Source: Bdellovibrionales bacterium (GTDB lineage Bacteria; Bdellovibrionota; Bdellovibrionia; Bdellovibrionales; JAUICD01). Taken from it: 64,000 nt of DNA. The stretch spans positions 2,272,001 through 2,336,000 of the forward strand of contig OZ253553.1 in the NCBI GenBank assembly GCA_965262715.1, written 5' to 3'. A program made the position numbers and the translations under genes. The first letter of the stretch is position 1. Every line of letters starts with the position of its first letter. Positions 35,401-43,397 of the stretch are shown here, in pieces. The notes below the pieces were generated by a model that was not told the origin of the DNA, did no database searches, and was given only the letters and a program-made list of their open reading frames with translations.

Positions 35401-36080
35401 TGATTTTAAATGATGATCAGGTAAAGTGTTGGGGATTGAACAATTATGGTCAGTTAGGACTTGGGCATACAAGGGTTATTAATCAAGCTCAAAATCGGAG
35501 TATTTCATTGGGGGCAAGCCGTAATGTAAAAGCTATTTCTGCAGGCAGTTTTCATACCTGTGTGATTTTAGATGATGATAGTTTAAAATGTTGGGGTAGG
35601 AATGACTCTGGTCAGTTAGGTTTAGAAACTGATACAAATAGTACGAGTCCTCCTAATAATCCAGTTGATTTAGGTACAGGTCGAGCTGTAAGGCAGGTAT
35701 CTACAGGTTTTGCTCATACTTGTGTGGTTTTAGATAATGATGAAATGAAATGTTTTGGAAATAATGGACACGGTCAATTAGGATTAGGAGATACAGAAAA
35801 TCTTGGTGATGAAGCTGGAGAGATGGGCAGCGCTCTTCCTGCAATTAGCTTAGGTAGCGATACAAATAATCTTACATATACAGCTAAGTCTGTCTCTATA
35901 GGCAGCAAAGCTATTCACATTTGTGCCTTACTTACAACAAGTGGAACCAATGCAGATGCTAAGCATATTAAGTGTTGGGGAGATAATAATTATGGTCAAC
36001 TAGGGCAAGGTGATACTCAAGATCGAGGAGATGGCACAGGAGATGATGTAGCAGATACAGAGATTATTGATGTGGATTGA
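32412..36080 (+). CDS. Large surface lipoprotein with Ig-like repeats and C-terminal RCC1 beta-propeller
   Basis: LISC lipobox; W.WSC...C.YR and YYLHVQA.D repeats; seven HTC....KCWG.N..GQLG-type repeats. Confidence 0.88.
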   Translation: MGYLKAFLSPDYCILYLLCVFLISCGETGTNTNPSVNDTLQVINLENDLMPKSSKTWTWSCNDTPCTYRHKINQNATPYSFDDNTDIFNSTATATQDVRNGGEGTYYLHVQAEDSEGNKSEVLLVFAILNNLGNKIEITDIDHDLIPKKSKKWTWSCSKPHCVYRYSITTSPQHDFSENDSYVTTATAAQSTGDGIFYIHIQTKESEDSDIASEVVSFSAILDNTPPDAPNASSFSVSSPSNLRVPDITVSNLKEGDHVEIYTSSDCSGSSVGDEVVGNSQTSVSVKLQQLITEDSYKYYAKIIDVAGNASSCSKEPVLTYVLDQSAPEVTGLEPDNVEKGAKTWLWSCNESCTYRHHINNQPQHIFQTDEAYTLTNSTSQVEGQGTYYLHVQAKDIAGNESRVRSVSAVLVNKPGVIGLVSSKLPQKSVTWTWGCNKENCTYRHKVNQNTTPYSFDDNTDIFNNVATALQNTGDSTYYLHVQAKVIQDGQELLSTVEVVSAILDNTPPSALALAHFSTQSPSNDRTPEITISGVTEGDTINLYRQSSCTTSVGTATVLAGETSVAIEVNELPNVDSSYDFYATVTDQAGNISDCSTDKITYVLDVTAPSSPSNVSLVTASPSTDPQPYIKVDGIAIGDIVRLFMDNRCSETNEIASASAQSGSIDIQVSSPLTIASSDNQKTFSIYANTRDTVGNISSCSTASASYDLQKPAAPTALTLVVPTTNAKDLYVDATPTIRVGSVVSDQTVNIYNMAGCGGDSVGSMNASASGTVDVKLSRSLFPGAHKFYASISHGSNVSSCSNASGFEYVFYKPVANGGFHTCFLFPDGRVKCWGYNLFGQLGLGDTSSRGDDKREMGSALGYINLGSGRTAKAISAGNSHTCAILDNDTVKCWGTNSHGQLGLGNKVNTNTPGNSTVSLGTNLTAKAISVGNDHACAILDNDKLKCWGRNSHGQLGLGDTRDRGGANTEMGDALPYVEIGNHTAKAVSAGDSYTCVILNDDQVKCWGLNNYGQLGLGHTRVINQAQNRSISLGASRNVKAISAGSFHTCVILDDDSLKCWGRNDSGQLGLETDTNSTSPPNNPVDLGTGRAVRQVSTGFAHTCVVLDNDEMKCFGNNGHGQLGLGDTENLGDEAGEMGSALPAISLGSDTNNLTYTAKSVSIGSKAIHICALLTTSGTNADAKHIKCWGDNNYGQLGQGDTQDRGDGTGDDVADTEIIDVD

Positions 36081-36315
36081 TGTTTGGTAAGTGTGGAAGA
36101 TATCTTGTATAAGCCATTTTTGATAGAAAAACATAACAGGTTCCTGGTAAAAATTGATTTCATACAATAAAACCATTTTTAAGAACAACAAACCAATTGC
36201 TGCAGGAAAAAGCTTCGTAGAAAAGTACAAAAGAGAGAAATAACTGGACAAATGGCCTAAGTAAATATAACACTCTCAAAGAGAGTTTCGTTCTAACTTT
36301 AAGGGTGCTTTGTTT

Positions 36316-37770
36316 ATGGAGTCTAAAACACAAGGGGTTTTTAACTTTCAAAAGCACCTTATAAAGGAATCGCCGGTTGAAAATTTGCAGACGAGTGAAA
36401 ACTTTTCTGATCCAGAAGAGCTTCATTCACCTGATGGTGTTCAGGTTTATTCTGTCACTGATTTAAGCTTAGCTATTAAATCTCAATTAGAAGGCAGCTT
36501 TCCTCAAGTTTGGGTGAAAGGAGAGATTTCTAATTTTGCAACCCCTCCTTCTGGGCACTTTTACTTTTCTCTTAAAGATAGCAAGTCACAAATAAAAGCT
36601 GTTATGTTTAAAGGCTTTAATAATCAATTAAGATTTCGTCCTGAAAATGGTATGGAGGTAATTGTTAAGGCCAATGTCAGCACTTATATGCCAAGAGGGG
36701 ATTACCAATTAATTTGTCAGCAAATGGATCCTGTGGGTCAAGGAGCGCTACAAGCGGAGTTTGAACAGCTTAAGAAAAAACTTCAAGAAGAAGGGCTTTT
36801 TGATGAAGATCGTAAAAAGCCATTACCTGCTTTTCCTCAAAAGATTGCGCTTGTGACATCTTCTACAGGAGCTGTTATCAGGGACTTGCTCAATGTTTTA
36901 AGACGTAGATTTAAAGGCTTGGATATCACATTGATTCCTACTCTTGTTCAGGGAGAGGCTGCAGCTGATGAAATTATTAACGCTATTGACTTAGCTCATA
37001 AAGTACTTCCCACCTTTGATGTTATTGTTGTTGCCAGAGGTGGAGGGTCTATAGAAGATCTTTGGTGCTTTAATAACGAAGATGTTGTAAGATGTATAGC
37101 ATTGAGCAGTATTCCTATTGTTTCAGCTGTAGGGCATGAGGTTGACTTTACGCTTTCAGATTTTGTGGCTGATAAAAGGGCTCCAACGCCTTCTGCTGCT
37201 GCGGAACTTATTGTTCCAGATAGATTGGATGTGAAAGCGACCGTCAATCACCTAGAATCTAGGATCAAAGCTGCTATGTATTCTGATCTGGAAAAGCATC
37301 AACAAAAGTATTTAGGATTATTTAAAAGATTAAAAGACCCACAAAAACTATTGCAAGAGCTCTCTCAAAGAAATGATGAACTTCTACAAAGAATGCAAAG
37401 AACCTTTCAACACCAGATAACTTTTATAAGAGAAAAACACCATAATACACATCAGAGGTTAAATTGTATCAATCAAGTCTGGGAAAAAGAATATCAACGT
37501 ATTAAAGTGTTATTTCAAAGCCTTATAAAATATATAGATATATTTTTAACTCAAAAAAGAGTCTTCTTAAAAAATCAAATAGAGCTTTTAGATTCTTTAG
37601 ATCCACAGAAAGTTGTGGCGCGAGGTTATTCCATTGTTAAACTATCTCGTGGAAGTGGAAAAGTTGTAACTTCTGTTTCTCAGATTAAACCGAATGATGT
37701 TATACATATTACTTTTTCAAAAGGAAAAGCAGAAGCTCAAATTAAAAACATCATTAATAAAAATAAGTAA
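36316..37770 (+). CDS. xseA: Exodeoxyribonuclease VII large subunit
   Basis: SGHFYFSLKD, ARGGGSIEDLWCFN, SAVGHEVD, RAPTPSAAAE. Confidence 0.97.
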   Translation: MESKTQGVFNFQKHLIKESPVENLQTSENFSDPEELHSPDGVQVYSVTDLSLAIKSQLEGSFPQVWVKGEISNFATPPSGHFYFSLKDSKSQIKAVMFKGFNNQLRFRPENGMEVIVKANVSTYMPRGDYQLICQQMDPVGQGALQAEFEQLKKKLQEEGLFDEDRKKPLPAFPQKIALVTSSTGAVIRDLLNVLRRRFKGLDITLIPTLVQGEAAADEIINAIDLAHKVLPTFDVIVVARGGGSIEDLWCFNNEDVVRCIALSSIPIVSAVGHEVDFTLSDFVADKRAPTPSAAAELIVPDRLDVKATVNHLESRIKAAMYSDLEKHQQKYLGLFKRLKDPQKLLQELSQRNDELLQRMQRTFQHQITFIREKHHNTHQRLNCINQVWEKEYQRIKVLFQSLIKYIDIFLTQKRVFLKNQIELLDSLDPQKVVARGYSIVKLSRGSGKVVTSVSQIKPNDVIHITFSKGKAEAQIKNIINKNK

Positions 37771-37781
37771 AAGGAGGGTTT

Positions 37782-38003
37782 ATGGAATTTGAAAGTAATT
37801 TAAGTAAGTTAGAAAAAATTGTGGAAAAGATGGAAGCAGGCAATTTATCTCTTGATGAGTCTCTGGTTGCTTTTGAAGAAGGGATTCGTCTTTCTAAAGA
37901 TTGCAATAAAAGATTGAATCAAGCTGAGGAAAAAGTGAAAAAGCTTCTTAGTGTGGATAAAGATGGTAAAGCGGAAACCACAAATTTTGAATCCATCGAA
38001 TGA
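37782..38003 (+). CDS. xseB: Exodeoxyribonuclease VII small subunit
   Basis: FE..L..LE.IV..ME.G.LSLDESL..FEEG..L. Confidence 0.96.
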   Translation: MEFESNLSKLEKIVEKMEAGNLSLDESLVAFEEGIRLSKDCNKRLNQAEEKVKKLLSVDKDGKAETTNFESIE

Positions 38004-38965
38004 CATCTTTTTTTGAAGTTGCTTTTCAAAAAGAACTGGATCTTCTCGATCGTTTTTTACAAAGTTGGATCGAAAATTACAGAAAAAACGTTCCGCCTGA
38101 AAATAAACAATTAGTAGAGGCTCTTAAGCATGCCCTTGTTGGAGGGAAAAGATTCCGGCCTTTACTTGCCCTCTTAATAGCAAAAGCCTTCAAGCAAGAT
38201 ATGAAATGTGTTTTGCCTTATGCTTGTTCAATAGAGTTTCTACACTCTTATTCTTTGATTCATGATGATCTGCCAGCAATGGACAATGCAGAAAAAAGAC
38301 GTGGTCGCCTTTCCCTTCATAAGGCCTTTAATGAAGGTACTGCTATTTTAACAGGAGATGCCTTATTAACAGAGGCGTTTGAACTTGCTGTTTCTCATAA
38401 GTCTAGGTTTTTACAAGACACCTCATCTCTTATTTGTCTTTTAGTGCAAGCAGTTGGTGGGAGAGGAATGATAAGTGGTCAAATGCTAGACCTTCAGGCC
38501 GTAGACCTTCAGGCCGTAGACCTTCAGGCCGTAGACCCTCAGGCCGTAGACCCTCAGGCCGTAGACCCTCAGGCCGTAGACCCTCAGGTCGTAGACCTAC
38601 AAGTTTCAAATAATAAATCAATTAACTTAGAACGTCTTTATGATTTGAAAACAGGAGGATTGATTTGCGCTTCTATTATAGGGGCAGCCATGATTTCTGG
38701 AGTTAAAGAACTAGACCTCTTAAAGTTGAAAAGCTTTGCACACAAATTGGGAATTGCATTTCAAATTGCAGATGACCTAGAGGATTTCAATGAGCAAAGC
38801 GATAAAAGTGCTAACGTCATCAACTGCGCACACCAGTGGGGGGTTCAAGTGGCTAAAAAAAAGCTTTATAAGCTTTTTAGCCAATCTTTAGAGATTTTAA
38901 AATCTATCGAAAATACAAAGGGCCTTCAAATGTTAATGCGGTTGCATTTTGAAAAGCAACTTTGA
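38000..38965 (+). CDS. ispA: Farnesyl/geranylgeranyl diphosphate synthase with in-frame repeat insertion
   Basis: GGKRFRP, HSYSLIHDDLPAMDN...RRG, GQMLD, KTG, FQIADD. Confidence 0.92.
   Translation: MTSFFEVAFQKELDLLDRFLQSWIENYRKNVPPENKQLVEALKHALVGGKRFRPLLALLIAKAFKQDMKCVLPYACSIEFLHSYSLIHDDLPAMDNAEKRRGRLSLHKAFNEGTAILTGDALLTEAFELAVSHKSRFLQDTSSLICLLVQAVGGRGMISGQMLDLQAVDLQAVDLQAVDPQAVDPQAVDPQAVDPQVVDLQVSNNKSINLERLYDLKTGGLICASIIGAAMISGVKELDLLKLKSFAHKLGIAFQIADDLEDFNEQSDKSANVINCAHQWGVQVAKKKLYKLFSQSLEILKSIENTKGLQMLMRLHFEKQL
38487..38598 (+). repeat. 15-bp coding tandem repeat, 7 units plus partial
   Basis: TAGACC(T/C)TCAGG(C/T)CG repeated; encodes D(L/P)QAV. Confidence 0.97.
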
Positions 38966-38997
38966 TGTTGTTTGATGAGCTGATATCTAAGCATGCC

Positions 38998-39543
38998 TTA
39001 CTTTATTTCTAAGGGTTTATTGGTTAAAAGGTCTTTGGCCTTTTCTAATTTCAATAAAAATATCTTTTTTGTCATACCCCCTGTAAAGCCGCCTAATTTC
39101 ACTCGAATTTTATTTATTTTTGCTTGTTTTTGAGGAGTGTATTTTGAAATCACTCTATGGCAAGGGATAATAATAGGAATAGGATTTTTTCCGTTTGCAT
39201 TTCCTATTGCTCTATAACCTTTAGGACATTCTGCCATCTTTGCTTGTTGCTGGTAGGATATTGTATTTCCATAAGGAATTTGTCGCAAAGCGCGCCAAGC
39301 TTTTTGTTGAAAATCAGTTCCTTGATAAAGGTCTAAAGGTATAGAAAAGACCCTTCTTTTGCCTTGAAAGTATTCATTAAGCTGTCTTTTCGCTTTTTGT
39401 AAGATAGGGCATCTTGTATTTTTCTTAAGAGATGTTATAAAATCAGGAAGCTTGTTCCAAAAAACATGTTTTAATCCTTTATTTGAAGCAATAAGAGTTA
39501 ATTTACCAAGTGGACTTTGAAAGGTTATATAATAATCTTGCAT
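38998..39543 (-). CDS. ogt: Methylated-DNA--protein-cysteine methyltransferase
   Basis: GTDFQQKAW..L.QIPYG, NPIPIIIPCHRV active site. Confidence 0.93.
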   Translation of the reverse strand: MQDYYITFQSPLGKLTLIASNKGLKHVFWNKLPDFITSLKKNTRCPILQKAKRQLNEYFQGKRRVFSIPLDLYQGTDFQQKAWRALRQIPYGNTISYQQQAKMAECPKGYRAIGNANGKNPIPIIIPCHRVISKYTPQKQAKINKIRVKLGGFTGGMTKKIFLLKLEKAKDLLTNKPLEIK

Positions 39544-39760
39544 ACCGTTATATTCTTATAGTTTAATCAAGTTTTTATGAGGCCGGTTTATATAAAATTT
39601 TAAAAAAGAAACAAACTATTGATATCTTTGTTATTGTATTTAATATATTGAATAATTCTTATAAGTAGGTATATTACTGAGCAAGCCGTGTCAATAGCTT
39701 CTTTAAATGGTAGGTAAATTATTAAGAGTTATAGAATTAAAAAAATTTTGAGAGAGATAC

Positions 39761-40300
39761 ATGAGACAAAAATCTAGATGCCTATTTTTCAATCAACCAA
39801 TATTTTATGGTTTTGTTTTTTTATTCATTTTTTCTGGCTGTGGATTGCCTACAGACTCTATTAAAAATATCGATAAAAATATAGAGGAGATCAAAGAAAG
39901 TGTGACAGATAGTGGCGTACAAATCGTAATTAAAGATGCTGATTTTGATCAACTGCCTTTAGAAGAATTAAAAGAACTTATTGAAAAGCTCAACAGTATA
40001 TTGAATAGTATATTGAATAGTATATTTAATAATGATAAAGATGCAGTTGATGAGCCTTTGGAGCCCGGCATTGATAAACAACCTGAAGAAGGTGTAGCTG
40101 ATGAGATAGCAGATTTTGAGGTAGATCCTGAAGATCTGTTTAATGATAGTGATAGTGAAAGCATAAAAGTTGTATTAGAACAAATTAGGACAGATCTTAT
40201 AGAAGCTCTTAAAGAAATGGAACCAGAAGATGACAGGAGGGATGATATAGAAGGATTTATTGAACAAATCACACAGATTTTAGGAGACGAGGGTCAATAG
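39761..40300 (+). CDS. Acidic hypothetical lipoprotein
   Basis: FSGC lipobox; 12-bp repeat encoding LNSI x3. Confidence 0.7.
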   Translation: MRQKSRCLFFNQPIFYGFVFLFIFSGCGLPTDSIKNIDKNIEEIKESVTDSGVQIVIKDADFDQLPLEELKELIEKLNSILNSILNSIFNNDKDAVDEPLEPGIDKQPEEGVADEIADFEVDPEDLFNDSDSESIKVVLEQIRTDLIEALKEMEPEDDRRDDIEGFIEQITQILGDEGQ

Positions 40301-40397
40301 CCTTGGGTTAAAATAGTTAGTTACTTCTCTAAATAAAGGTTCATTAAAAGATATTAAATCATTAAAGGGTTAACTTAGGTGGGAATAAGGTATAAAT

Positions 40398-41153
40398 ATG
40401 CATTGTAACAAAGTAAATAGGTATTTAGTGAGAAAAACTTTATTTTTTAACATTCTTTTTGTCTTATGTTCTTCATCTGCTATGAGTTTTTCTTCTTTAG
40501 AAAATAGTGTTAAAATTGAATCAAACAGTAATGGATGCATAGATGTAAATTATGAAGAAATTCTAACACGAATAGAAAACTTTGCCTCTTATCGAGAAAT
40601 TGATGATCACATTGTATGGCCTAATGTGCGGTCATGGCTATCTGCTGCTGTTGAGAGCGTGTTGCCAGGAGTTTTGGAGCGGTTTTTAGATATAAAGCCT
40701 TTAGATATGACAATGTCTGAGGAAAGGGAGTGTGAAAGTTCACAAGGAAATGAATCAGGACGTTCTAGAGCATGCAAAGTATGGATGGCTTTTTCGCCTT
40801 TAGAATTGCCTAGGAGCTTACATGCGTTCTATCCTAAAATACCTTTAATGTGTAGTATACGAGAAGATGGAGAAGGCCATGTCATTCATAGATGTGATCA
40901 GGTAGAGGGTTTAACTTATGCTGTTCAGTCGTTTTCTTCTTTGTTGCAGATATCGAAACACGATTGTGGTGTAAAGTCATTTTTTAGAATTGTTTTTAAT
41001 CTTCATAGGGATCATGTGGAGGCTATTTATGAATCAATTATTGATTATTACGAGTGGCCTACGGTTGTTTTAAGAATTATGCAAAGAGCTGATAAAACCG
41101 AACTGTTTTCACTTTATTTTCAAAATCTTTATAACCAGCTTCTTTTGTTATAA
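40398..41153 (+). CDS. Hypothetical exported protein
   Basis: 251-aa ORF with signal-like N-terminus. Confidence 0.6.
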   Translation: MHCNKVNRYLVRKTLFFNILFVLCSSSAMSFSSLENSVKIESNSNGCIDVNYEEILTRIENFASYREIDDHIVWPNVRSWLSAAVESVLPGVLERFLDIKPLDMTMSEERECESSQGNESGRSRACKVWMAFSPLELPRSLHAFYPKIPLMCSIREDGEGHVIHRCDQVEGLTYAVQSFSSLLQISKHDCGVKSFFRIVFNLHRDHVEAIYESIIDYYEWPTVVLRIMQRADKTELFSLYFQNLYNQLLLL

Positions 41154-41389
41154 TGAGCTTCAGTATTTGCAAGCTATTTTGATGAGAGTATTAAAAGCTA
41201 AGCTCATAATAGTTATAGAGTGGGTCACTTTTAAACTTAATAATATTCTTTTGGCAAGATGCTTTTAATTGCTAACGAATCAGATAAAAGGCAGAAATTG
41301 ACAATAAGCATCATAATAAAAAGAGATTGTTTTGTTAGACTACATAACTGATCTTGACTTTAACAAGTAAAACACTGTTTATTCGAGGC

Positions 41390-41962
41390 ATGAGTGTGAA
41401 ATGGACAAAAGAGCAAATAAAAAGGGTAGCTAAAGGTGTTTTTAGTGATTTAAAAGCTAATAATATTGTCACTTTTAAGGCTCCAGAAGACTCAGTGATG
41501 ACAAAGGTTGTTAGTTATGTTATAGCAGATCAAAATAAGGATAAAGAGATAGACAAAGAGGCGCGAAGAATGGTAGAAGACCTAGAAAGCAAGGCCTCGG
41601 ACACCATTGATAGGCATAAGTTATTTCAGTTGGTGAAGAAAAAGCTTATGGCTGAGAAAAACAGACCTGACAGTTGGAAATCAAAGGGTGGAGTTATTGA
41701 AGAGCTACCCATACATTTTGCTCATCTTATAATTGATGCTGTTTGGAAAGATGATTTGGTAGATTATACTGATGATAATCGGGCTTTGAAGGTAGCAAAG
41801 CAATCAGTTGCAAAGTTTTTAAATGAAGTAGAAGTTTTAAATGAGCAGGTGAGACATAAAATACAATCAATTAAAAGAACCATCCCCGAAGGAAGTGATG
41901 AGTGGAAGGCTTTATATGATAGATTTTACAAAGAGGAATTACGCCGTCGAGGATTTTTATAG
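41390..41962 (+). CDS. DUF507-family protein with two tandem domains
   Basis: KLFQLVKKKL and KIQS.KR.IPEGSDEW..LY.R.Y.EEL halves; ATG 41390. Confidence 0.75.
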   Translation: MSVKWTKEQIKRVAKGVFSDLKANNIVTFKAPEDSVMTKVVSYVIADQNKDKEIDKEARRMVEDLESKASDTIDRHKLFQLVKKKLMAEKNRPDSWKSKGGVIEELPIHFAHLIIDAVWKDDLVDYTDDNRALKVAKQSVAKFLNEVEVLNEQVRHKIQSIKRTIPEGSDEWKALYDRFYKEELRRRGFL

Positions 41963-42626
41963 AGTTGAGTTAGGTTAAGAATTTTCCTTAACATGGTGTT
42001 AGCTGATAAGAAGAGTCTTGCTACTCAAAGTAAACGGATTTTTGAGACAGCCAGCATTTTTTTGACGGTGTTAACCGTCAGGTTGGCTGTCCAAAAACAG
42101 CTAGGAGCTGGTTTATTTTGAGTGAGACAGAGAGTGGAAGGCTTTATATGATAGATTTTACAAAGAGGAATTACGCCGTCGAGGATTTTTATAGAGTTGA
42201 GTTAGGTTAAGAATTTTCCTTAACATGGTGTTAGCTGATAAGAAGAGTCTTGCTACTCAAAGTAAACGGATTTTTGAGACAGCCAGCATTTTTTTGACGG
42301 TGTTAACCGTCAGGTTGGCTGTCCAAAAACAGCTAGGAGCTGGTTTATTTTGAGTGAGACAGAGAGTGGAAGGCTTTATATGATAGATTTTACAAAGAGG
42401 AATTACGCCGTCGAGGATTTTTATAGAGTTGAGTTAGGTTAAGAATTTTCCTTAACATGGTGTTAGCTGATAAGAAGAGTCTTGCTACTCAAAGTAAACG
42501 GATTTTTGAGACAGCCAGCATTTTTTTGACGGTGTTAACCGTCAGGTTGGCTGTCCAAAAACAGCTAGGAGCTGGTTTATTTTGAGTGAGACAGAGAAAT
42601 GGCTTAACACATGAGGAGGGGGTAAT

Positions 42627-42767
42627 ATGATTGAATTTTTAAAAGTTTTTGCAAAGGATGTTTTTTGTGCGATTTTCGAAAAACGTCCTGAAGATGAAAT
42701 TCGTGAGAATATAAAAGACATTATTCACGAAGTGCTAGACGAGAGAGAAGATAGTGATTTTGATTAA
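42627..42767 (+). CDS. 46-aa acidic small protein inside the array insert
   Basis: GAGGAGG ribosome binding site; MIEFLKVFAKDVFCAIFEKRPEDEIRENIKDIIHEVLDEREDSDFD*. Confidence 0.55.
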   Translation: MIEFLKVFAKDVFCAIFEKRPEDEIRENIKDIIHEVLDEREDSDFD

Positions 42768-42912
42768 ACTTATTTTTCTTTGTTTATCAATTGCGATAAT
42801 TATTGTATTTTTTCCTATCGCGATTTTAATTTCATTAGTAAATTTCTTGAGGTGGAAGGCTTTATATGATAGATTTTACAAAGAGGAATTACGCCGTCGA
42901 GGATTTTTATAG
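42754..42912 (+). CDS. 52-aa hydrophobic peptide fused in frame to duplicated DUF507 C-terminus
   Basis: GTG start; MILIKLIFLCLSIAIIIVFFPIAILISLVNFLR-WKALYDRFYKEELRRRGFL*. Confidence 0.4.
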   Translation: MILIKLIFLCLSIAIIIVFFPIAILISLVNFLRWKALYDRFYKEELRRRGFL

Positions 42913-43126
42913 AGTTGAGTTAGGTTAAGAGTTTTCCTTAACATGGTGTTAGCTGATAAGAAGAGTCTTGCTACTCAAAGTAAACGGATTTTTGAGACAG
43001 CCAGCATTTTTTTGACGGTGTTAACCGTCAGGTTGGCTGTCCAAAAACAGCTAGGAGCTGGTTTATTTTGAGTGAGACAATGGATTGTTTTTTAGAAAAA
43101 CAATGGAAAAAATCTTTGGAGGCAAT

Positions 43127-43225
43127 GAATTGATGTTTTAAGCCAAACCTCGAAGTCCTCGAGCAAGCTGCTTGAGAGCAGTTTGCTCTGCGGAAGATAT
43201 CGTTTTTAGCTTAAAACATCAATTC
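43127..43225. repeat. Palindromic structured element, copy A
   Basis: 17-bp outer stem, AAGTCCTC-hairpin-TGCGGAAGAT core; homolog at 46944-47033. Confidence 0.75.
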
Positions 43226-43397
43226 TTAAGTTGCTATTATAAAGATTTGAGGCGATTTGTTTGAGGAAGAGAGTAGGAGAAAGTTTTCCTTAGAGTTATG
43301 TTAAGAAACAAAGAGAGTCTCTCTACTTAAAATGAGTGGATTTTGAGGGAATGAGGATTTTAAAAAAGCGTTAGTCGTCTTCGGTTATTGATCAGAA

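Larger units (their letters stand above)
41900..43079 (+). repeat. 232-bp tandem array: three adjacent copies (41900, 42132, 42364) plus a fourth (42852-43079) after a ~255-bp insert
   Basis: Unit = last 63 nt of the DUF507 gene plus a structured downstream element; near-identical copies, one substitution seen in copy 4. Confidence 0.95.

Noticed and set aside
38430..38621. Minus-strand ORF with (GLRPE)n repeats
   Set aside because: Antisense shadow of the ispA 15-bp repeat
41900..43079. CRISPR array
   Set aside because: Units are 232 bp, include a coding 3' end, mostly lack spacers, and no cas genes are present
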